Shown one piece after another: positions 59,059 through 64,000 of a DNA stretch of 64,000 nt (its first letter is position 1; every line of letters starts with the position of its first letter). The DNA is from Octopus vulgaris (Eukaryota). The translations under genes were made by a program, and so were the position numbers. The stretch spans positions 77,562,001 to 77,626,000 of the forward strand of contig OX597831.1 of the NCBI GenBank assembly GCA_951406725.2, in the 5' to 3' direction. The notes below the pieces were generated by a model. The model made no database searches. It was not told the origin of the DNA and saw nothing but the letters and a program-made list of their open reading frames with translations.

Positions 59059-59958
59059 TATGAGGTATTAATTAATAAGTGTCCGGACTGTTGCCATAGT
59101 AACGAAGCTAAAGTATGCAATATGAACCCGCTGAGCAAAGATTGAACGTGAACTCTGCAGTGCATGCGCACTCAACTTTAAACTTCTAGCTCACTTCCGT
59201 TGTTTACAGCAGTGCTTGGAAGGAAGGTGTGTAGCGTGTGATTGTCGCAGTGACAAAGTTATCAAGCCGATACCTGCCCAGAGGCCTACGCAAATTTACA
59301 GAAAGTCTATGGAGAGCAATGTATGAACCGACATGTCCGACATTGACGATCGTTCTGGGAGCTGACCAAAAAGACAATCGGCTTTCAGATGCACAAGATC
59401 TTGATGGTGCCGAAAACGGCGAAATTGCTTGAAAATGTTTGCATAGGCCTCTGGGTAGGTGTTGCCAAGCTTTTGACAAAATTTGATGCAGATTCTCTGC
59501 TTAACTTTTTCTGTCATGGTCAATACGACGATCACACATTACACACATTCCAATTTTTCTTTACTACCCACAAGGGGCTAAACACAGAAGGGACAAACAA
59601 GGACAGACAAACGGATTAAGTCGATTACATCGACCCCAGTGTGTAACTGGTACTTATTTAATAGATTCCGAAAGGATGAAAGGCAAAGTCGACCTCGGCG
59701 GAATTTGAACTCAAAATGAAGTGGCAGACGAAATACCGCTGAGCATTTCGCCCGGCGCCTTAACGATCCTGTCAGCTCGCTGCCTTCGTTACACACATTC
59801 CTTCCATGCAGTGCTGTAGACAGCGAATATTAGCTAGGATGTTAAAACTTAGTGCGCATGCACAACAGAGTTCAAGGTCAGTCTGTGCCAAGCCACTTTA
59901 CCCTGTATACTTTAGTTTCGTTACTATGGCAACAGTCCGGATACTTATTCATCAGTAT
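59059..59958 (-). mobile_element. Mariner-derived non-autonomous element with long (~170-bp) inverted ends and transposase N-terminal remnant
   Basis: AATAAGTGTCCGGACTGTTGCCATAGTAACGAAGCTAAAGTAT / ATACTTTAGTTTCGTTACTATGGCAACAGTCCGGATACTTATT; MTEKVKQRICIKFCQKLG. Confidence 0.85.
59552..59788 (-). mobile_element. SINE B nested in the mariner-derived element, 13-bp TSD
   Basis: TTACACACATTCC at 59539-59551 and 59789-59801. Confidence 0.9.
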
Positions 59959-60148
59959 ACGAATAGCGTTGCTATTATGCAAAAGTGTCGTAAGTACAAA
60001 ACGTTGCTTTTTCAGGAACCGAAAAATAGTTTCACCATTCCATAGCAAAGCCGTTGTACTGCACTTCGATAGTTCTTGATATCTTGGCATATAGAGCAGC
60101 TGGAGATTCGTTAGTTTGAGCAAAACTTGAGAAGGAACAAACAACAAC

Positions 60149-60180
<32 letters not shown>

Positions 60181-60269
60181 ATGTGTGTGTGTGTGTGTGT
60201 ATCTATATGTATATATATGTATATATATATGCATATATATATGTATATATATATACTTATATATATATT

Positions 60270-60304
<35 letters not shown>

Positions 60305-60528
60305 GTATGTATATATATATATGTATATATATATGCATATATATATATGTATATATATATATTTATATATATATACATATATATATGTATATATATATGT
60401 ATGTATATATATATATGTATATATATATGCATATATATATGTATATATATATATTTATATATATATACATATATATATATGTATATATATATATGTATGT
60501 ATATATATATATGTATATATATATATGC

Positions 60529-60559
<31 letters not shown>

Positions 60560-60561
60560 TA

Positions 60562-60773
60562 ATAGAAATATTAAAATTACTAATTCTCTCTAAAAGAGAA
60601 CAACGGCAGCCGGTCAAGTAGTGTGGAGCGACGGACCTCCCTTGTTCGAAGGTTATATGGATACAGTTTGTGTATCAAATAGCTAACTTAAGGCGATGGC
60701 CTCATGGAGCTAATAAGCGGACAGCTTTATTCTTATTTTTATAAGAATGCCATATTAGTATGGCGATAACTAT
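60562..60773. repeat. Relative of the 26403-26560 hairpin element (one arm only) in (TA)n
   Basis: CTCTCTAAAAGAGAACAACGGCAGC and AGCTAATAAGCGGACAGCTTTATTC...TGCCATATTAGTATGGCGATAACTATT match the reverse complement of 26403-26555. Confidence 0.75.
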
Positions 60774-60826
60774 TATATATATATATTTATATATATATAC
60801 ATATATATATATGTATATATATATGC

Positions 60827-60857
<31 letters not shown>

Positions 60858-60929
60858 CATATATATGTATATATATATTTATATATATATGTATATATAT
60901 ATGTATGTATATATATATATATGTATATA

Positions 60930-60986
<57 letters not shown>

Positions 60987-61178
60987 TATATATATATACT
61001 ACTACTAATATAAGATAAAAAAATTTTCTAAAAATTTTCATGAAAGTGGCCTTCCTCGATTTCAGCACAACATGTATTTATAGTGAATGTATATTGTAAT
61101 ATACATTATTGACGATTTAAAGTCTATTCTCAGAATATTGGCATAGAATCTTTTTTTTCTTTTGCCCTTGTTTATAAT

Positions 61179-61218
<40 letters not shown>

Positions 61219-61219
61219 A

Positions 61220-61612
61220 AATCGCTAGCACGCCGGCCGGAATGCTTAGCGGTATTTCGGCTGCCGTTACGTTCTGAGTTCAAATTCCGCCGAGGTCGAC
61301 TTTGCTCTTCATCCTTTCGGGGTCGATTAAATAAGTACCAGTTACGCACTTGGGTCGATATAATCGACTTAATCCGTTTGTCTGTCCTTGTTTGTCCCTT
61401 CTGTTTTTAGCCCCTTGTGGGTAGTAAAGAAATAGGTATTTCGGCTGCCGTTACGTTCTGAGTTTAAATTCCGCCGAGGTCGACTTTCATCCTTTCGGGG
61501 TCGATTAAATAAGTACCAGTTAAACACTGGGGTCGATGTAATCGACTTAATCGCTTTGTCTGCCCTTGTTTGTCCGCTTTATGTTTAGCCTCCTTTGGGC
61601 AATGAAGAAATA
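61220..61612 (+). mobile_element. Two tandem SINE B copies
   Basis: GTATTTCGGCTGCCGTTACGTTCTGAGTT at 61252 and 61436. Confidence 0.88.
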
Positions 61613-61875
61613 AGAATAAATGCCAGATATTTTAAATATTTTAAATATGGGGTCGATTTGTTTGAATGATCACTTCAAGACGGTGCCTTAGCAGGGTCAC
61701 AGTCCAGTCACCAAAAAAGGTAGAAGAGAGGATGTTCTATTCGTAGAAAAGTGTGATTGTATAGTTTTAGCTGTGATGGTATCTAATCACGTGTTCAATG
61801 CGATATATGAGCATGGATTCAACATATAAAGAACATTAGCAACCGCACTTACCATTTAGTCCGCCCCAGGATTTT

Positions 61876-61972
61876 GTTGAAGACACTTGCCCAAGGTGCC
61901 ACGCAGTGCGACTGAACCCAGAACCATGTGGTTCGTGAGCAAGCTACTTACCACCCAGCCTCTCCTGCGCCT
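61876..61972 (-). mobile_element. SINE A head fragment
   Basis: GAAGACACTTGCCCAAGGTGCCACGCAGTG...CTCCTGCGCCT. Confidence 0.8.
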
Positions 61973-62387
61973 ATATATTGTGGGCTCCAGTTACATAAAC
62001 ACTTTGGGACAGTGTGATCCTTAACGTCTCATCCTGACGTCGATTGTCAATCTGTGTTTGAAACGGGTTGTAGAGACATGCTTTAGCAAAAGCTAAGGGG
62101 AGATGATTAGAATGTCTTCTGGACTCTGGCCGTAGCTTGATCAAACATTTGTCGATCTGCCTGAACGAATGTTTATGTTGCAACTCTTTAAATACAAAAT
62201 GACACTAGATTGCAACACCAATGATGTATTCAGTTATTAAATTCATAGGGTTATGAAAGACTAATGCCTACCCACGGCTACTGCTGAAGATATGTCAAGG
62301 TATAAGCAAGGATCGAACCCGGAGACACACAATTGCTCCTATACCTGAATATATGCATGGAAACACACACACACACACACACAAACA

Positions 62388-62461
<74 letters not shown>

Positions 62462-62463
<2 letters not shown>

Positions 62464-62635
62464 GAGAATTCACAAAAAAGACAAAAGCCGAAGACAGGTG
62501 GTGTAAACAGATGTATTAGTTTAACGTTCGGAAAGTGAAAAAGTCTTTAACGTTTCGAGCCTACGCTCTTCCACGGAAAGAAACGAGGAGAGAAAATAAA
62601 GAATGTGAAGTGGCTAGCGATCTATCATGGCGATA
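62462..62635 (-). mobile_element. Short Penelope-like element with degenerate minimal hammerhead (62545-62580)
   Basis: CTTT-CCGTGGA-A-GAGC-GTAG-GCTC-GAAAC-GTT-AAAG; homologous to 10085-10266. Confidence 0.62.
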
Positions 62636-63037
62636 TATATGGGGGCGTGTATCCCAGTGATTAGGCTTTGGACGTATGATGGTAAGATTGTGATTTCGAT
62701 TCCTGAAGCAGACGATATTCTTGAGCGAAACATTTTGTTTGGCGTCGCTCCAATCTGCTCAAGTAGCAGATAAAAGTAACCCTTCGACAGACCTGTGTCC
62801 CGTTGAAGGATAGGGCACTACCTACACCACAGATCACACCGCGAAAACAGCGTTAAGAACCTATACCTCAGAAAAGACCTTTGATCTATTATTTCTTTTT
62901 TCTTTCATTCTGGTAAATACGTACGTTTCTGTGTACACACGCGTGCGTGCCATTGCGCTCGTGTGTCTGTGTGTGTGACTATCATTTGTATATGTCCGAG
63001 TTCTGCTATAAGGCCAACCAATCAAACACAAGTAAAT

Positions 63038-63084
<47 letters not shown>

Positions 63085-63551
63085 TACATACACACACATA
63101 CATACATACATACATACATACATACATACGTGTCTGTGTGTGTGTGTATAGTTAATCTTAAGACATGTGCAGCATTTTTACCTGACAATGCAATAGATTT
63201 AGAGGTATGTGATTGCCGGGTGGTGGTGTTTGATAAGTGGGGTGGGTGCAAGTTAAAGACATAAAGGTGAGAGGTATATATATATATATGTTATAGTGGT
63301 CGAGGGGCGAAAGGCTTCAAGGAGAAGTGTTGGTTGACATTCCAAGAATGCCAGCAAGATGAAAAGTTGAAAAAGAGGTTAAGGAATTTTAACTTATACA
63401 AACGTTTATTTGCATTCGAAGGGGGTTGGGTGGGCGGGTGGTTGGAGAAACAGCGGGAGAGCGGGAGAGAAAGAGAGAGGGAGAGAGGGAGAGAGTGAGA
63501 GCGGTCTTGAATTATTGTAAAATAAGTGTCGGAAGGACGAAGGAGAGACAC

Positions 63552-63990
<439 letters not shown>

Positions 63991-64000
63991 GTCAGGTCAC

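Overview
Eukaryotic, AT-rich, microsatellite-dense non-coding DNA; the SINE families and repeat style suggest an octopus/cephalopod genome (inference). I found no intact host gene, rRNA, tRNA gene or CRISPR array, and nearly all ORFs in the track are microsatellite artefacts. The window is a stack of mobile-element remnants. It holds at least three families of R4/Dong-type RLE retrotransposons, mostly in (TAA)n arrays, L1/Tx1-like and CR1-like LINE fragments, three mariner-derived elements and three tRNA-derived SINE families in many copies. The most interesting signal is RNA structure. A near-perfect ~1.8-copy tandem of a 446-bp unit (13633-14444) carries a type I hammerhead ribozyme with all conserved core nucleotides in each copy, the layout of a retrozyme/Penelope pseudo-LTR able to release a 446-nt self-cleaved, possibly circular, RNA. 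About ten further hammerhead-like motifs, some with recurring non-canonical cores, and several long fold-back elements are scattered across the window. All calls are by eye; no searches or folding programs were run.
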